A model generated the notes under the pieces. It was not told the DNA's origin and made no database searches. It saw only the letters and a list, made by a program, of their open reading frames with translations. A stretch of DNA of 46,165 nucleotides from a virus, in IMG/VR virus record IMGVR_UViG_3300038829_000049, positions 1 through 46,165 of that record, one strand, 5' to 3'. Below, one piece after another: positions 1-10,058 of this stretch (its first letter is position 1; the number at the start of each line of letters is the position of its first letter). A program made the position numbers and the translations under genes.

Positions 1-127
1 TTCGCGCCCAACTCGGGGATGGCGATGGCGGGCGCCGGCCGGCTGGCGAATGAGCAGTTCAATACCGACTGGGGCGGCTATCAGGATCGATTGCGGGCGA
101 TGGGCCAGCAGGGCCAGGGTCTGGCGC
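1..127. repeat. Terminal direct repeat, copy 1 (identical to 46039-46165); overlap of a circular or terminally redundant genome
   Basis: Bases 1-127 (ttcgcgcccaactcgggg...ggccagggtctggcgc) recur base-for-base at 46039-46165. An ORF reads in phase through the junction. Confidence 0.95.
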
Positions 128-333
128 AGTTCGGCGCCGGGCTCGAGTACGGTGCGGGCAAGGATCTGGCGGACATCGAGACGGGCTACGGCAACACCAG
201 CGCCGGCAACCGGATCAGTTATTCCAACGCGCTGGCGGCGAGCCGGAACACCGGCTGGCAGAACGCGCTCAACCTGTACGGCACTGCAGCGAAGGCTGCA
301 GCTCAAGCAGCCGCCGGCGGCGGGGGAGGATAG
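1..333 (+). CDS. 3' portion of a junction-spanning virion protein (Gly/Asn/Gln-rich, ejection/internal-protein candidate); the 5' portion is 45706..46165
   Basis: The frame of ORF 19..333 is open back to base 1. It is in phase with the ATG at 45706 once the 127-bp overlap is collapsed (666 nt, 221 aa in total). Confidence 0.7.
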   Translation, partial: FAPNSGMAMAGAGRLANEQFNTDWGGYQDRLRAMGQQGQGLAQFGAGLEYGAGKDLADIETGYGNTSAGNRISYSNALAASRNTGWQNALNLYGTAAKAAAQAAAGGGGG

Positions 334-338
334 CGCAG

Positions 339-1631
339 ATGGCAACTCCAGGCTTTCGCCTTCCTGCATACGAGTACCCGCAGAACGCGGTGCTCGACTT
401 TCGATCTGTCAACGATGCGATCGACACGTTTTCCAAGCAGCGCCAGCAGGGCGTCGAGAACCAGCGCCAGAACAAGCTGCTCGCCTTCCGTGAGCAGCAG
501 ATGGGGATGGACCGGGAGAGGTTGAAATACGAGCTTGGCGGAAGGGACTTCCAGCGCGAGCAGCAGGACCGTCAGTTCGGGCAGCAGCGCGATCAGCAGG
601 ACCGTCAATTTAATCAGCAGCAGTCTTTGGCCGGCATTCAGCACGGCTATTCGATGGCGCACCAGGGCGCGCAATTCGGACAGCAGCGGACAATGGCTGG
701 GGTTCAGACGGACGAGCACATGCGGCTGGCGCGCGAGAAGGCGATCCTGGATCGCCAGGAGCTTTTGGAGAAAGCCCGAGTCTTGGGGCTGGCCCCACCT
801 GAGCAATCCGCGCAGCCGCAGCCTACCGTCAACGGCTGGTATAATAACGACCCGGCGCTGACGGAGCCACCGGCACAGCAGCCGTCGTTCGCGCGGACGC
901 CACAGCCGCAATCGATGATGCCGGTTGACCCATATCAGCGGCTCACGACGCCGGCACTCTCGCCGGAAGCTGCCGAAGCCGACCGCAGAAAGCGCGCGGG
1001 GCAGGCGCTGATGCTCGGCGACACGAAGGGCGCTGGAAAGATCATCAACAAGGAGGAAGACCCGAAGGAGTATCAGACCAAGGATGCGCTTTTTGCGGAG
1101 CGCATGGCGAGGTCAGAGATCATGTTGCGCGGCGCGATCGGTACGCCGGATCAGCAGAAATATAACCCCGGCGCGCGCATCAACAACTTCTGGCCGGATA
1201 CCGGCATGATCGCCAACATGACCAATTCGCAAACATTCCGCAGCTACCAGGGCGGCGCGCGCGAGTGGATCGCGGCACTGCTGCGGAAGGACACGGGTGC
1301 TGCCGTTACTCAAACGGAATGGGACTTCTACTGGCCGACGTTCTTCCCGCAGCCTGGTGATAGCCCGGAAGTGCAAAAGCAAAAGGTCGACCGTCGCGTG
1401 ATGGCGGCTCAGGGATTGCGTGGGGCGTCTGGCCCTGCGTTTGATCGGATGTACCCAGGATTCGACCAGGAGATGCGCACGCAGATGCAGGGGCAAACCC
1501 TGCCGCCTGCCCGCGGGCAAGCCGCCAGGCCAGCCAAGCCATCGCCACAGCCTGGAGCGGTTGAAGATGGGTACAGGTTCAAGGGTGGCGATCCGTCGAG
1601 GCCTGAAAATTGGGAGCGTGGGGCGCAATGA
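339..1631 (+). CDS. Gln-rich internal virion/ejection protein candidate
   Basis: 430-aa ORF starting 5 nt after the upstream stop. It has tandem Q-rich motifs (FQREQQDRQFGQQRDQQDRQFNQQQ). It lies after the gp10-like hub, where P22-like phages carry ejection proteins. Function is by position only. Confidence 0.6.
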   Translation: MATPGFRLPAYEYPQNAVLDFRSVNDAIDTFSKQRQQGVENQRQNKLLAFREQQMGMDRERLKYELGGRDFQREQQDRQFGQQRDQQDRQFNQQQSLAGIQHGYSMAHQGAQFGQQRTMAGVQTDEHMRLAREKAILDRQELLEKARVLGLAPPEQSAQPQPTVNGWYNNDPALTEPPAQQPSFARTPQPQSMMPVDPYQRLTTPALSPEAAEADRRKRAGQALMLGDTKGAGKIINKEEDPKEYQTKDALFAERMARSEIMLRGAIGTPDQQKYNPGARINNFWPDTGMIANMTNSQTFRSYQGGAREWIAALLRKDTGAAVTQTEWDFYWPTFFPQPGDSPEVQKQKVDRRVMAAQGLRGASGPAFDRMYPGFDQEMRTQMQGQTLPPARGQAARPAKPSPQPGAVEDGYRFKGGDPSRPENWERGAQ

Positions 1632-3694
1632 CGGGACCATGGCAGCGCTACGCGCCATCTGCGACGGCTGAGGCGTCCGGGCCATGGTCGAAATACCAGG
1701 GCGGCCTAAGTCAAGCCGATGTTGAGGCTGAGGCGCACGTGGCCGACATCGTCAAGAAAACCGGGGTCATCCCAGGCAAGCCGCTCGCCTACGGCATCCC
1801 GCTGATTGGCCCTTACCTCGACGAGGCGTCCGCCGCTGTAACCGCGCTGCCCAATATGGTGACGGGCGGCGCTGTCGGGCCATCTTACAATCAGGCACTT
1901 GCGCGTACTCGTGCGTGGAACCGTGCCGCAGAAAATGACGCGCCGATCAGAACAATGGTTGGACAGGTGGCGGCTGGCATAGCCACGGGCGGGCCTATCT
2001 TCAGCCGGATTGCGCCGGCGGCAACCATGGCAGGGCGCGTTGGTCAAGGTGCTGCGCTTGGCGCTGGTGTTGGTGCGGTGGAAGGGTTCGGCGCCGGCGA
2101 GGGCGGGATCGACAATCGCGCTGCACGATCGATTTCGACCGGCGCTCTCGGTGCTGGACTTGGCGCGGCATTGCCGATCGCCGCGACCGGCGTCACGCGG
2201 GGTGTCGGCGCGGCGATCGATGCTGTGCAGCCAACTTATCTGCGGATGCGACACGGGCCTGACGCTGCGGCTGATGCCATCCTCGCGCGCAAGATGGAGC
2301 AGGCGGGGACGTCGCCGGCGCAGGTCCGTTTGGACCTCCAGAGGGGGCAAGCGCAGTCGGCTCAGATGGGGCCAAATTCACGGGCTGAGCTACCGGAAAC
2401 AATCGCGGACACGTCCGATGCGATGCAACGCCTTGCGGGCAGCGTTTATCGTTCTGGCGGGGAGGCAGGCAACTTCACGCGTGCGGCACTGGAAGGGCGC
2501 CAGCGTGGGCCTGCGAACCCCTACGCGCCACAGCCCGGCGAGGCCAGTGGGCAGCGCACGAGGATCATGGACGGGACCGAGCGAGCCTTGCAGATCAGGT
2601 CAGCCGGGTCTGCGCTGCAGACCGAACGGCAGATCATGCAGGATCAGGCCAGAGAAGGACAGACGCTCTACCGGCAGGCGTTCCAGCAACAGCAGCCATT
2701 CGAGATACAGAGCGTTCTGGACGGGTTTGCGCTCCAGGCGCAGCAGTATCCGGCGCCGTTTCAAGCGCGATTGCATCGCGCGCTCAATCTGTTCCGCGAC
2801 AACAGTCCGACCCGCATGCCGGTGACGAACCTGCAGCGATTCGATGCCGCCAAAAAAGCGCTCGACGACATGATCGAGACGGCGCAGCGCCAAGGCCAGG
2901 GCAACCTCACCCGCGAGTTGACCGGCTTAAAGAACGAATTGCTCGGATCAGTGCACGCCAATGGGCAGAACCAAGGATATCAGGCCGCACGTCAGGCATG
3001 GGGGTCGGCCGCCGAAAACCGCGAGGCGATCGAGCTTGGGCGAGCCGCATTGCGTGAGGGCTCGGAGATCAGCGCGGAGCAATACCGTGGATTAACGCGC
3101 GGCCAGCAGCAGTTGTTCCGCATCGGCTATCTGGAAAGCCTGCGTAATTCACTCGGAACACGCAAGCCCGGCAGCGACGTGACGCAACTTTTCCAGCAGG
3201 CGCGGGTGCAGGAACTTATGAACGAGATCATTCCAAGGTCGGCCGGCCGCAACGCCGTCTACGCCAACAGGCCGGAGCGGTTCGGCGACCTGATGCAGCG
3301 CGAGGCGCGCATGGTGCAGACCCGCAACGGCGTGCTTGGCAACTCGGCGACGGCGCAGCGCCAGCAGGATGATATGGGGTTTGCTGGCGACGCGCTGGCC
3401 AGCATGTGGAACAGGTTCCGCTCAAGCCCGTCGCTGTTCAACATGGGTGTGGAAGCGGTTGGCGTTGGTATTCAGAAGGTGTTCGGCTACCGCCAGGACG
3501 TTGCTCTTGCGCTGGCGCAACGTCTTCTTGAGAGCAATCCACAGGTGAGAAATCAGATCCTGCAGCGCCTACGAGCGCGGGGCGGGCCTGACCGGTTGGC
3601 GCGGTTCGCCGATGCGGTTGACCGATCGTCGATGACGCTGATCGGCAGCGCGACCGCCCCACTGCAGATCGAAGGGGAAGGCGGAGCGCGGTGA
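1628..3694 (+). CDS. Large internal virion/ejection protein candidate with a Gly/Ala-rich hydrophobic segment
   Basis: ATG 1628 overlaps the upstream TGA (ATGA); an alternative start is at 1610. Glycine-zipper-like stretches are present (GAALGAGVGAVEGFGAGEGG, GALGAGLGAALPIAATG). Function is by position only. Confidence 0.6.
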   Translation: MTGPWQRYAPSATAEASGPWSKYQGGLSQADVEAEAHVADIVKKTGVIPGKPLAYGIPLIGPYLDEASAAVTALPNMVTGGAVGPSYNQALARTRAWNRAAENDAPIRTMVGQVAAGIATGGPIFSRIAPAATMAGRVGQGAALGAGVGAVEGFGAGEGGIDNRAARSISTGALGAGLGAALPIAATGVTRGVGAAIDAVQPTYLRMRHGPDAAADAILARKMEQAGTSPAQVRLDLQRGQAQSAQMGPNSRAELPETIADTSDAMQRLAGSVYRSGGEAGNFTRAALEGRQRGPANPYAPQPGEASGQRTRIMDGTERALQIRSAGSALQTERQIMQDQAREGQTLYRQAFQQQQPFEIQSVLDGFALQAQQYPAPFQARLHRALNLFRDNSPTRMPVTNLQRFDAAKKALDDMIETAQRQGQGNLTRELTGLKNELLGSVHANGQNQGYQAARQAWGSAAENREAIELGRAALREGSEISAEQYRGLTRGQQQLFRIGYLESLRNSLGTRKPGSDVTQLFQQARVQELMNEIIPRSAGRNAVYANRPERFGDLMQREARMVQTRNGVLGNSATAQRQQDDMGFAGDALASMWNRFRSSPSLFNMGVEAVGVGIQKVFGYRQDVALALAQRLLESNPQVRNQILQRLRARGGPDRLARFADAVDRSSMTLIGSATAPLQIEGEGGAR

Positions 3695-3781
3695 GGTTCG
3701 TCCAGGCTCACAATTCCTCAAAAACTGCAAGCCCTGACCCGCGCTCCGCCGAGATGAAACCACCGATGAGGATGCAACGCA

Positions 3782-5473
3782 ATGGCTGACATCGCCGGCC
3801 AGTACATTGACGAACTGCTCTCGTCAGGGAAGCCGTTCCCTTCGATCGACGAGATCCAAGCAGAGATATCGAGGCGGTCTGGCCCCACGAACAACCGCGA
3901 ACGCCAGTTTGCCGCACGTCGCGCAATGTCGGGCCGTGATCCGTCATTGTCTACAGCAGACCGAGAGGCCGTGGCACGACGTGCGTCCATCAGCGAAGAG
4001 AACAACCAGGCCATCGAGCGTGGGGTCGGAGAGCTTGTGCTGGGTCAGCCGATCCGAGCTGGGCGGGCCATTGGGGAAGCCTATGAAAAGCCCTCGATCG
4101 CAAATCTGACGGCGGCCGGTGCGCATACGGCATTGGCTGCATTCCGGCCAATGACGGCGGGTGCGTTTGCCGTTGGCGGAATGGGCGCGGCGGCAGCGTC
4201 GGACTTGGCTGACGAGTTCGTATCTGATGCCGGTGCCCAACAGCGAAATCAGCCGAATGCACGCGCCAGAGCTGCGAATGCCGAACGCTCGGCAGCGAGA
4301 GAAAAGGTAAACCTTCTCAAAACCGAGAACGCGAAAGCGGCCGATGACGAGCGCCGGCGTATCGATGCGCTTGACCGCAATGAATACGACGCCGCCGTCA
4401 GCCGGGCCGAGGCTGAGAAAAACGCAATCCTCGCCGACAAGCCGAAGCGGTTCGGCGATACGGCAGTCGGTGAAGTCTACAACAAGCTCGGCATGATCGC
4501 GCCGGGTGTCATTGCTGCGGGTATGGGAGGTGTGTCTAGGCTTGGCTCTGCCGCGCTCGGCTACAACGGCAAGATCGCAAACTATGCAGCACCTGCGGCC
4601 GTTGGAGCGGTAACGGGTGGGGTTTCTGCCAGTTGGCCGCTTGGGCACGAATTGCTTTTTGAGCCGGCGGCTAATCCGGAACGGAGGGCCTATGAGGCGT
4701 ATGCGCGCGAACTGCCGCCGACGCACCCGCGGAAACAAGAGTGGACGGATTACGCTCTACGCCAACCCGAAGCGAACCCGGCACGTAATGCAGCGTCGGA
4801 AGAGTTTTATAATCCAACCAAGTTCATGGAGCGAACAGGAGTCGGCGTAGCTGAGGGGGTGCTTGGCGGTCTTGCAGGCTCTGAATTCGTCAACACGTTG
4901 AGGCACCCCATCCGCGCATCTAACTTGTTTGGCGGAGCCAACCGTGGAGCTGGCGGAGGATCTTCTCCTGGCGGTCCGCCGGGAGCTGGCGCAAATAGCG
5001 GGCCAAATTTTCCGCCGCTACCCCAGCAGCCCCCTCAAGGCGGAATAACTCCGCCTTCCGGTCCAATGCCGCCGACGTATCCGCCTTACGATCCGCTATT
5101 GCATGGGCCTGTTGCACGGCAATACCTCGATGATGCGTTGTCGTCAGGAAGAGTGCCAGAAACCGACACGATGGTCAATCAGTTGCAGGGTCAATTTGTT
5201 GGTCGAGGCTGGCCACAAGTTGACCCTGCTAACCTTGCCCATCGTGCTCGCGGAACCGTGGAAGAGTTGATGATGATCGATCAACTTCTTCGCTCCGGCC
5301 AAATGCGCCGGACAGTGACTGGCCAAGAGGTTCGTCAGCCTGTTTTGAACGCATCGACCGGGCGTGATTACACGTTGGCCGTCCCCGCTGCCGCACTTCC
5401 TGCGGCCGGTTACTATGGCATGCCAGAACAGCCACCAAATGCCCTGATGCAACATCGAGCCGACCAGTATTGA
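3782..5473 (+). CDS. Internal virion/ejection protein candidate with a Gly/Pro-rich low-complexity tract
   Basis: 563-aa ORF with hydrophobic G/A segments and a GGANRGAGGGSSPGGPPGAGANSGPNFPPLPQQPPQGG tract. Function is by position only. Confidence 0.6.
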   Translation: MADIAGQYIDELLSSGKPFPSIDEIQAEISRRSGPTNNRERQFAARRAMSGRDPSLSTADREAVARRASISEENNQAIERGVGELVLGQPIRAGRAIGEAYEKPSIANLTAAGAHTALAAFRPMTAGAFAVGGMGAAAASDLADEFVSDAGAQQRNQPNARARAANAERSAAREKVNLLKTENAKAADDERRRIDALDRNEYDAAVSRAEAEKNAILADKPKRFGDTAVGEVYNKLGMIAPGVIAAGMGGVSRLGSAALGYNGKIANYAAPAAVGAVTGGVSASWPLGHELLFEPAANPERRAYEAYARELPPTHPRKQEWTDYALRQPEANPARNAASEEFYNPTKFMERTGVGVAEGVLGGLAGSEFVNTLRHPIRASNLFGGANRGAGGGSSPGGPPGAGANSGPNFPPLPQQPPQGGITPPSGPMPPTYPPYDPLLHGPVARQYLDDALSSGRVPETDTMVNQLQGQFVGRGWPQVDPANLAHRARGTVEELMMIDQLLRSGQMRRTVTGQEVRQPVLNASTGRDYTLAVPAAALPAAGYYGMPEQPPNALMQHRADQY

Positions 5474-5509
5474 GGCACGCCGCCATCAAGACACACTGAG
5501 GTTAACGAG

Positions 5510-6667
5510 ATGACCGACCGACCCGCCAGGCAGCCAGAACTGAACCCCTACGAGTTCCCCTGGTATCAGCGGCTCCCGCACGCAGCAACCGACTGGTGGT
5601 ATGGCCCCGACGCGACCGCGCAGAACCATGCGCAGTCGTCCAAGTTGCTGGGCACAGCCAATCCGTTCAACGTGCCGGGCAACGTCTTCGAGGGGACGGA
5701 TCGCATGCGAGATGGGTGGCAGCGCGGTGATTGGGGGGCCGTGGGCGGTGGAGCGCTGCAGGCGGGCGCTTCGATTGCAGGAACAGGTGCTGCCGTTGGA
5801 ACGGTGCAAGGCGCCATGCGCGGCGCGCAGTCGGCCCGCAACGTTCTGCGTGAAAACCGCGCATGGGAGGCGAATACGCCGCGCGGGATGGCGATGGATG
5901 AGCCGCCTTTGATGCCAACGCATGCCGAGAATTTAACAAAGATGCGCGATTACGCGAGGCGGCTTTCCCGCGGGGAAAAACTATCATCGAAGGAACTCGC
6001 CGAGGCAGAACGTCTGAGAGAGAATGCACTAGAAATGGAAGTGAAAGGACATCGAAGAATGTCCAGGGATGATCTCAATGCGGCGCTTGACATGGAGATA
6101 CCTGCCAGAAATAGCAACCCATTTCCGACCAGGGAAGTTGTGTCTGGAGCAGGCGGCGCAGCATTCAGTGACTGGGCATGGAATGGTGGCATCATGCCGT
6201 GGAACTGGAATGCACCCGGCACGCTCCAGAACACCACACGAGATATGTTGACATCAGCCCAGCACCCCGATGCTGAAAATCAGCCGGATGGCTATTACGG
6301 ACATCGGCCCATTCCGCAGCCGATCGGTCCTGCGGCTCAGGTCGGTGCTGCTGTGGGGGCCGGATTTGGCGCGGTAGCGTCACCAGTTGCTACGGCTGTT
6401 TCAAATCGTTTGATGCGCGGGAGTCGTGGAATGATCGGCAGGGGCCTGCCGATTGAATATGGCAGTGGAATGGTGCTTGGCACTGGAATGATGGGTGGCA
6501 TCGGGGCAGGTCTCGGCGCTATGGTTGGGTCTGGGCGCAACATCAGGCGTAGCAACGAAGCAGACGGCGAGATGCTGGCGCGGATGAGCCCGATATCTCA
6601 GATGCCCCTGCAGTACCCACCTGAGAATGAGAATGCGCTTTCTCAATACCGCAACGGTCAATACTGA
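5510..6667 (+). CDS. Virion-associated protein candidate (Gly-rich hydrophobic C-terminal part)
   Basis: 385-aa ORF with GAGGT upstream of the ATG. The C-terminal region is rich in G/A/M (GTGMMGGIGAGLGAMVGSG). Function is unknown. Confidence 0.55.
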   Translation: MTDRPARQPELNPYEFPWYQRLPHAATDWWYGPDATAQNHAQSSKLLGTANPFNVPGNVFEGTDRMRDGWQRGDWGAVGGGALQAGASIAGTGAAVGTVQGAMRGAQSARNVLRENRAWEANTPRGMAMDEPPLMPTHAENLTKMRDYARRLSRGEKLSSKELAEAERLRENALEMEVKGHRRMSRDDLNAALDMEIPARNSNPFPTREVVSGAGGAAFSDWAWNGGIMPWNWNAPGTLQNTTRDMLTSAQHPDAENQPDGYYGHRPIPQPIGPAAQVGAAVGAGFGAVASPVATAVSNRLMRGSRGMIGRGLPIEYGSGMVLGTGMMGGIGAGLGAMVGSGRNIRRSNEADGEMLARMSPISQMPLQYPPENENALSQYRNGQY

Positions 6668-6676
6668 GGACGCCCC

Positions 6677-8449
6677 ATGCCCGATTCTGGTTTCGTCATC
6701 TCGCCCACGGTTCGGGTGATCAATGCTTCGTCAGTGGCGATCGCCGGTGGATCGATCGAGTTCTATGACGCCGGCACATCGACGCCGCGCGCGGTCTATT
6801 CCAACTCTGGGCTGACCGCCTCGCTTGGTTCAACCGTCTATCTCGATGCGGGCGGGCATCCGGTCGCTTCGCTGGGCTCGTCGACCAAGGTCATCGTCTA
6901 CACCAGCGCGTCACTGGTGAAGATGATCGTCAAGGATGATGCCAGCGTTACCGTCGCGACCTATGACAACGTCAAGGTGACGGAGGATACATCGGCGTTC
7001 GGCGCAGGAGGCGGCACTGCCGATGTGGTGGCCGGCGTCGTCTCAAAAACCGCTGACTACACCGTTCTAACCACCGACCAGAACAAGTGGTTCAACTGCG
7101 ATCCGACCGGAGCCGGGTTCACGCTGACGCTTCCTTCGGCGGTCACGGCGACGGACGGCTGGGCCGTCGGCGTTCGCCACGCTGGTGCGGCCTCGATCAC
7201 CAACGCGGTACGCCTCTCGACCGTCGCCGGTCAGACGATCTCGAGCGATGCGGTGGCCGGGGTCACCTCGATCGTCATCACCGGCGGCGGCGAGGCTGTG
7301 TGGATTGTGTCGGACGGCTCGGGCTGGTCGGTGATCTCGCACACGCCGCCGCACATCGTGTCGTCGGGCAAGACGACGCTGACCGTTGCCGATCGCCTTT
7401 CGCTGCCGCCGGCTTCACCTGATATCGGTGCGTTCTACATCGTGGCAGCAGCGCCTGCCGGCGCGTGGGTGTCCTATGCCGAGCACGATATTATTCAGAT
7501 CGTCGGCACATCGACTTATCGTCGCTGGACGCCGCCGACCGATTGCGGGTGGTTGGCCTACATCCAAGCCGAGGACGTCCTGACGCAGTTCCGGGCGTCG
7601 GCCTGGGTCGATCTCACCAATATCACCGCGCCTGAAACGAGCGTTCTCGAAACCGCGCTGTTCCTCGACCAGCGGGCAGATGGCGTCGTTGGCGGTACGG
7701 CGAGCGTTGGCGCCTGGACAACGGCCACGCTGCAGACCACGAAGCTCAACACCATCGAGGGGTGCTCGCTCACGTCAGATGTGATCACCCTTCCGGCCGG
7801 CTCGTATTTTGTCGTCGCGTCGAAAATGATGGGTTCGCCGAATAGCGTCGGCGTACGTCTCATTCTTGGCGGCGGCACGATCTTCGAGGGCATCAACGGC
7901 GGCATCTCAGGCACTGAAGACTCGATCATGAGCGTGCACGCGGCGTTCACGCTGGTCGCCTCGGACACGCTCACGCTGCAGTATTACGCGCAAAGTTCCG
8001 GCACCACGAGCGACCTTGGATCTGTGCTCCTGATCGCCGGCAACCTCGAAACCTATGCCTCTGTCCTGATCCTCGACCTGACTTCGCTACAAGGTCCTGC
8101 CGGCGATCGCGGCGCGCAAGGCTCGATATCGGCAACCCCGTCTGGCGCGCTCACGCTGGCCAACGGTGCCAATGCAGACGTCGTGATCGGCACCAACCAG
8201 AAGCACCGCATCACGGGACCAAGCGGGGCATTCTCGGTCAGTGGGTTTGTCGCTCCGTCCAACGATGGCTACGTGTTGTTCGTATACAATCCGACCGCGC
8301 AGACGATGACGCTGACCAACGACGCAACGTCGACGGCGGCCAATCGAATCCTCACCATGACGGGCTCAGATGTCGCGCTCACCGGCCCGTCGATGGTGAT
8401 GCTAATATACGACACAACGGATGCGCGATGGCTATACCACAATCAGTAG
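6677..8449 (+). CDS. Tail fibre / receptor-binding protein
   Basis: The N-terminus IAGGSIEFYDAGTSTPRAVYSNSGLTASLGSTVYLDAGGHPV matches the common phage fibre/tailspike N-terminal motif (..FY.AGT.TP..VYS...L....NPV.LDA.G). The protein is Ser/Thr/Gly-rich and beta-type, with a short collagen-like GPAGDRGAQG. Confidence 0.65.
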   Translation: MPDSGFVISPTVRVINASSVAIAGGSIEFYDAGTSTPRAVYSNSGLTASLGSTVYLDAGGHPVASLGSSTKVIVYTSASLVKMIVKDDASVTVATYDNVKVTEDTSAFGAGGGTADVVAGVVSKTADYTVLTTDQNKWFNCDPTGAGFTLTLPSAVTATDGWAVGVRHAGAASITNAVRLSTVAGQTISSDAVAGVTSIVITGGGEAVWIVSDGSGWSVISHTPPHIVSSGKTTLTVADRLSLPPASPDIGAFYIVAAAPAGAWVSYAEHDIIQIVGTSTYRRWTPPTDCGWLAYIQAEDVLTQFRASAWVDLTNITAPETSVLETALFLDQRADGVVGGTASVGAWTTATLQTTKLNTIEGCSLTSDVITLPAGSYFVVASKMMGSPNSVGVRLILGGGTIFEGINGGISGTEDSIMSVHAAFTLVASDTLTLQYYAQSSGTTSDLGSVLLIAGNLETYASVLILDLTSLQGPAGDRGAQGSISATPSGALTLANGANADVVIGTNQKHRITGPSGAFSVSGFVAPSNDGYVLFVYNPTAQTMTLTNDATSTAANRILTMTGSDVALTGPSMVMLIYDTTDARWLYHNQ

Positions 8450-8772
8450 GGATAAGCCTCGACGAGTTGAAGCGCACCGCGCCGCGCAGCTTCGACAAAA
8501 CTCTTTGCGACCTCATCGCCGGCGTTCAAGAGGGCCAGCGCCCGATCATCGTGCCGTCGGCAGCGCCCGTGCAGCACACGACAACCGTTGTCGAGCGCGA
8601 GACGCTGCCGGCTGAGTACGCGCATGTCATCACGGAAATGGCGGAGCAGCTGACCAGGCTGAACCTCGAGCTGATCGAGGCGAAGCGTGATCTGGCGGAT
8701 TTTGGACGGCGCCTCGCCGCGATCGAGTCCATCGAGATCGACAAGCGGTTGCTGAAGGGAGCGGCGGCATGA
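8428..8772 (+). CDS. Hypothetical protein with a C-terminal coiled coil
   Basis: 114-aa ORF overlapping the fibre gene end. Its stop overlaps the endolysin ATG (ATGA). No TM segment is present. Confidence 0.45.
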   Translation: MAIPQSVGISLDELKRTAPRSFDKTLCDLIAGVQEGQRPIIVPSAAPVQHTTTVVERETLPAEYAHVITEMAEQLTRLNLELIEAKRDLADFGRRLAAIESIEIDKRLLKGAAA

Positions 8773-9653
8773 TCACCCGCGATGATCTGCGCAAGTTCGC
8801 GCCGCGCGCCAAGTCGGCCTATGTCGACGCGCTGCTCGCCGGCATGGAGACGTTGCGCGAGGCTGGCATTCTCGACAACGAGCATCGGCTCTGCCATTTC
8901 ATGGCGCAGGTCGGGCATGAGACGGGCGGCTTCACGATCGTCCGGGAATCGATGGCCTACACGCCTAAGCGGATGCGGCAGGTCTGGCCGGGGCGCTACC
9001 GCAACAAGTCGGATGCCGAACTGCGGCGCATTCTGTCGAGCCCGCAGTCGTTCGGCGATGATGTCTATGGCCGGCGGATGGGCAACAATAGGCCGGGAGA
9101 CGGCTATGCGTTTCGGGGGGCCGGATTTATCCAGACGACCGGCCGATCGGCGTTCACCAAGTATGCCGAAGCATTGGGGCTGCCGACCGATGACATGAGC
9201 CTGGGCCGCTATGCTGACGATCTCGGCATCCTGCTCAAGTTCGCATGCCTCGAATGGAAGCAATCGGGCTGCAACGACTGGTCTGACGAGAACGATCTGA
9301 CCAAGGTGTGCAAGGCGATCAACACGGGCAGCGCCACGAGCAATATCAAGCCGGTGGGGATGGCTGATCGGCAGCGCTGGTTTGCCAAGGCCTGGAGTAT
9401 CTGGGGGGAGCGGGGAACGCCGGATGTGCCGGCTGAGCCGACGAGCCAGGCTGTGCCCGCAGCGGCTGCGGTTGGTGGCACTGCGATTGGTGGCGCGGTG
9501 CTAGCCGATCCTGTCGGGCTCAGCTCGAGCCTGGTCGCCGTGAAGAGCAACGCCTCTCAGCTCCTCTCCGGTGTGGACATCGCGCTGTGGAGCGTGCCGG
9601 TGGTGCTTGGCGTTGCCGCGGTCGCGTTCATTTGGTGGGCGAGGAAACCATGA
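8769..9653 (+). CDS. Endolysin, glycoside hydrolase family 19 (chitinase-like), with a C-terminal hydrophobic anchor
   Basis: HRLCHFMAQVGHETGGF...GDGYAFRGAGFIQTTGR is the GH19 lysozyme-like signature. The C-terminus DIALWSVPVVLGVAAVAFIWWARKP is a predicted TM helix. Confidence 0.8.
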   Translation: MITRDDLRKFAPRAKSAYVDALLAGMETLREAGILDNEHRLCHFMAQVGHETGGFTIVRESMAYTPKRMRQVWPGRYRNKSDAELRRILSSPQSFGDDVYGRRMGNNRPGDGYAFRGAGFIQTTGRSAFTKYAEALGLPTDDMSLGRYADDLGILLKFACLEWKQSGCNDWSDENDLTKVCKAINTGSATSNIKPVGMADRQRWFAKAWSIWGERGTPDVPAEPTSQAVPAAAAVGGTAIGGAVLADPVGLSSSLVAVKSNASQLLSGVDIALWSVPVVLGVAAVAFIWWARKP

Positions 9654-9904
9654 TCGGCCTGTTTCTCAAATCCATGACCGGCCAGCTTGCCGTGGTCGCC
9701 GTGCTGATCTCCGGCGCGGTCGGGTGGCTGTATGCTCATGATCGGAAGGTCATCAAGAAAACCGAAGCAACGATCGTTCAGCGTTCCGAAAAACAGGGGG
9801 CGCAGAATGCGGCAAAGGCCAAGAAACGGATTGATGATGCTCGCAAGCCTGGTGCTTTTGACCGGTTGCGCGCCGACACCAAAACTTGTCCCGATTGCCG
9901 TTGA
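9650..9904 (+). CDS. i-spanin candidate (Rz-like)
   Basis: The ATG overlaps the endolysin TGA (ATGA). It has an N-terminal TM (MIGLFLKSMTGQLAVVAVLISGAVGWLY) followed by a charged periplasmic domain. It overlaps the lipoprotein ORF in another frame. Confidence 0.6.
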   Translation: MIGLFLKSMTGQLAVVAVLISGAVGWLYAHDRKVIKKTEATIVQRSEKQGAQNAAKAKKRIDDARKPGAFDRLRADTKTCPDCR

Positions 9905-10058
9905 CCGGTTGTGCGAGGGATGGCGACACATGACGATCGCCAAGGCCGACCGTCTGACGGAAGGCACCGCTAGTCAGATCGAGGGATCGAACAAGGCCCG
10001 TGACGAGTGGGGCTGTGCGTACGGTGCTAACCAAGCCAAGGACGGGGCCAATGGATGA
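9807..10058 (+). CDS. o-spanin candidate (Rz1-like lipoprotein)
   Basis: The signal MRQRPRNGLMMLASLVLLTGC carries a lipobox (LTGC). It starts inside the i-spanin gene in the +1 frame and extends beyond it (overlapped architecture). An alternative start is at 9834. Confidence 0.65.
   Translation: MRQRPRNGLMMLASLVLLTGCAPTPKLVPIAVDRLCEGWRHMTIAKADRLTEGTASQIEGSNKARDEWGCAYGANQAKDGANG

Noticed and set aside
3944-4738. Long antisense or off-frame ORFs (also 8526..9263, 35779..36441, 37910..38590, 42188..42976, 30031..30723, 33563..34087, 34265..34852)
   Set aside because: Each lies opposite or out of frame with a better-supported gene. All are Arg/Pro/Gly-rich with no motifs, which is the expected artefact of roughly 62-65 percent GC.
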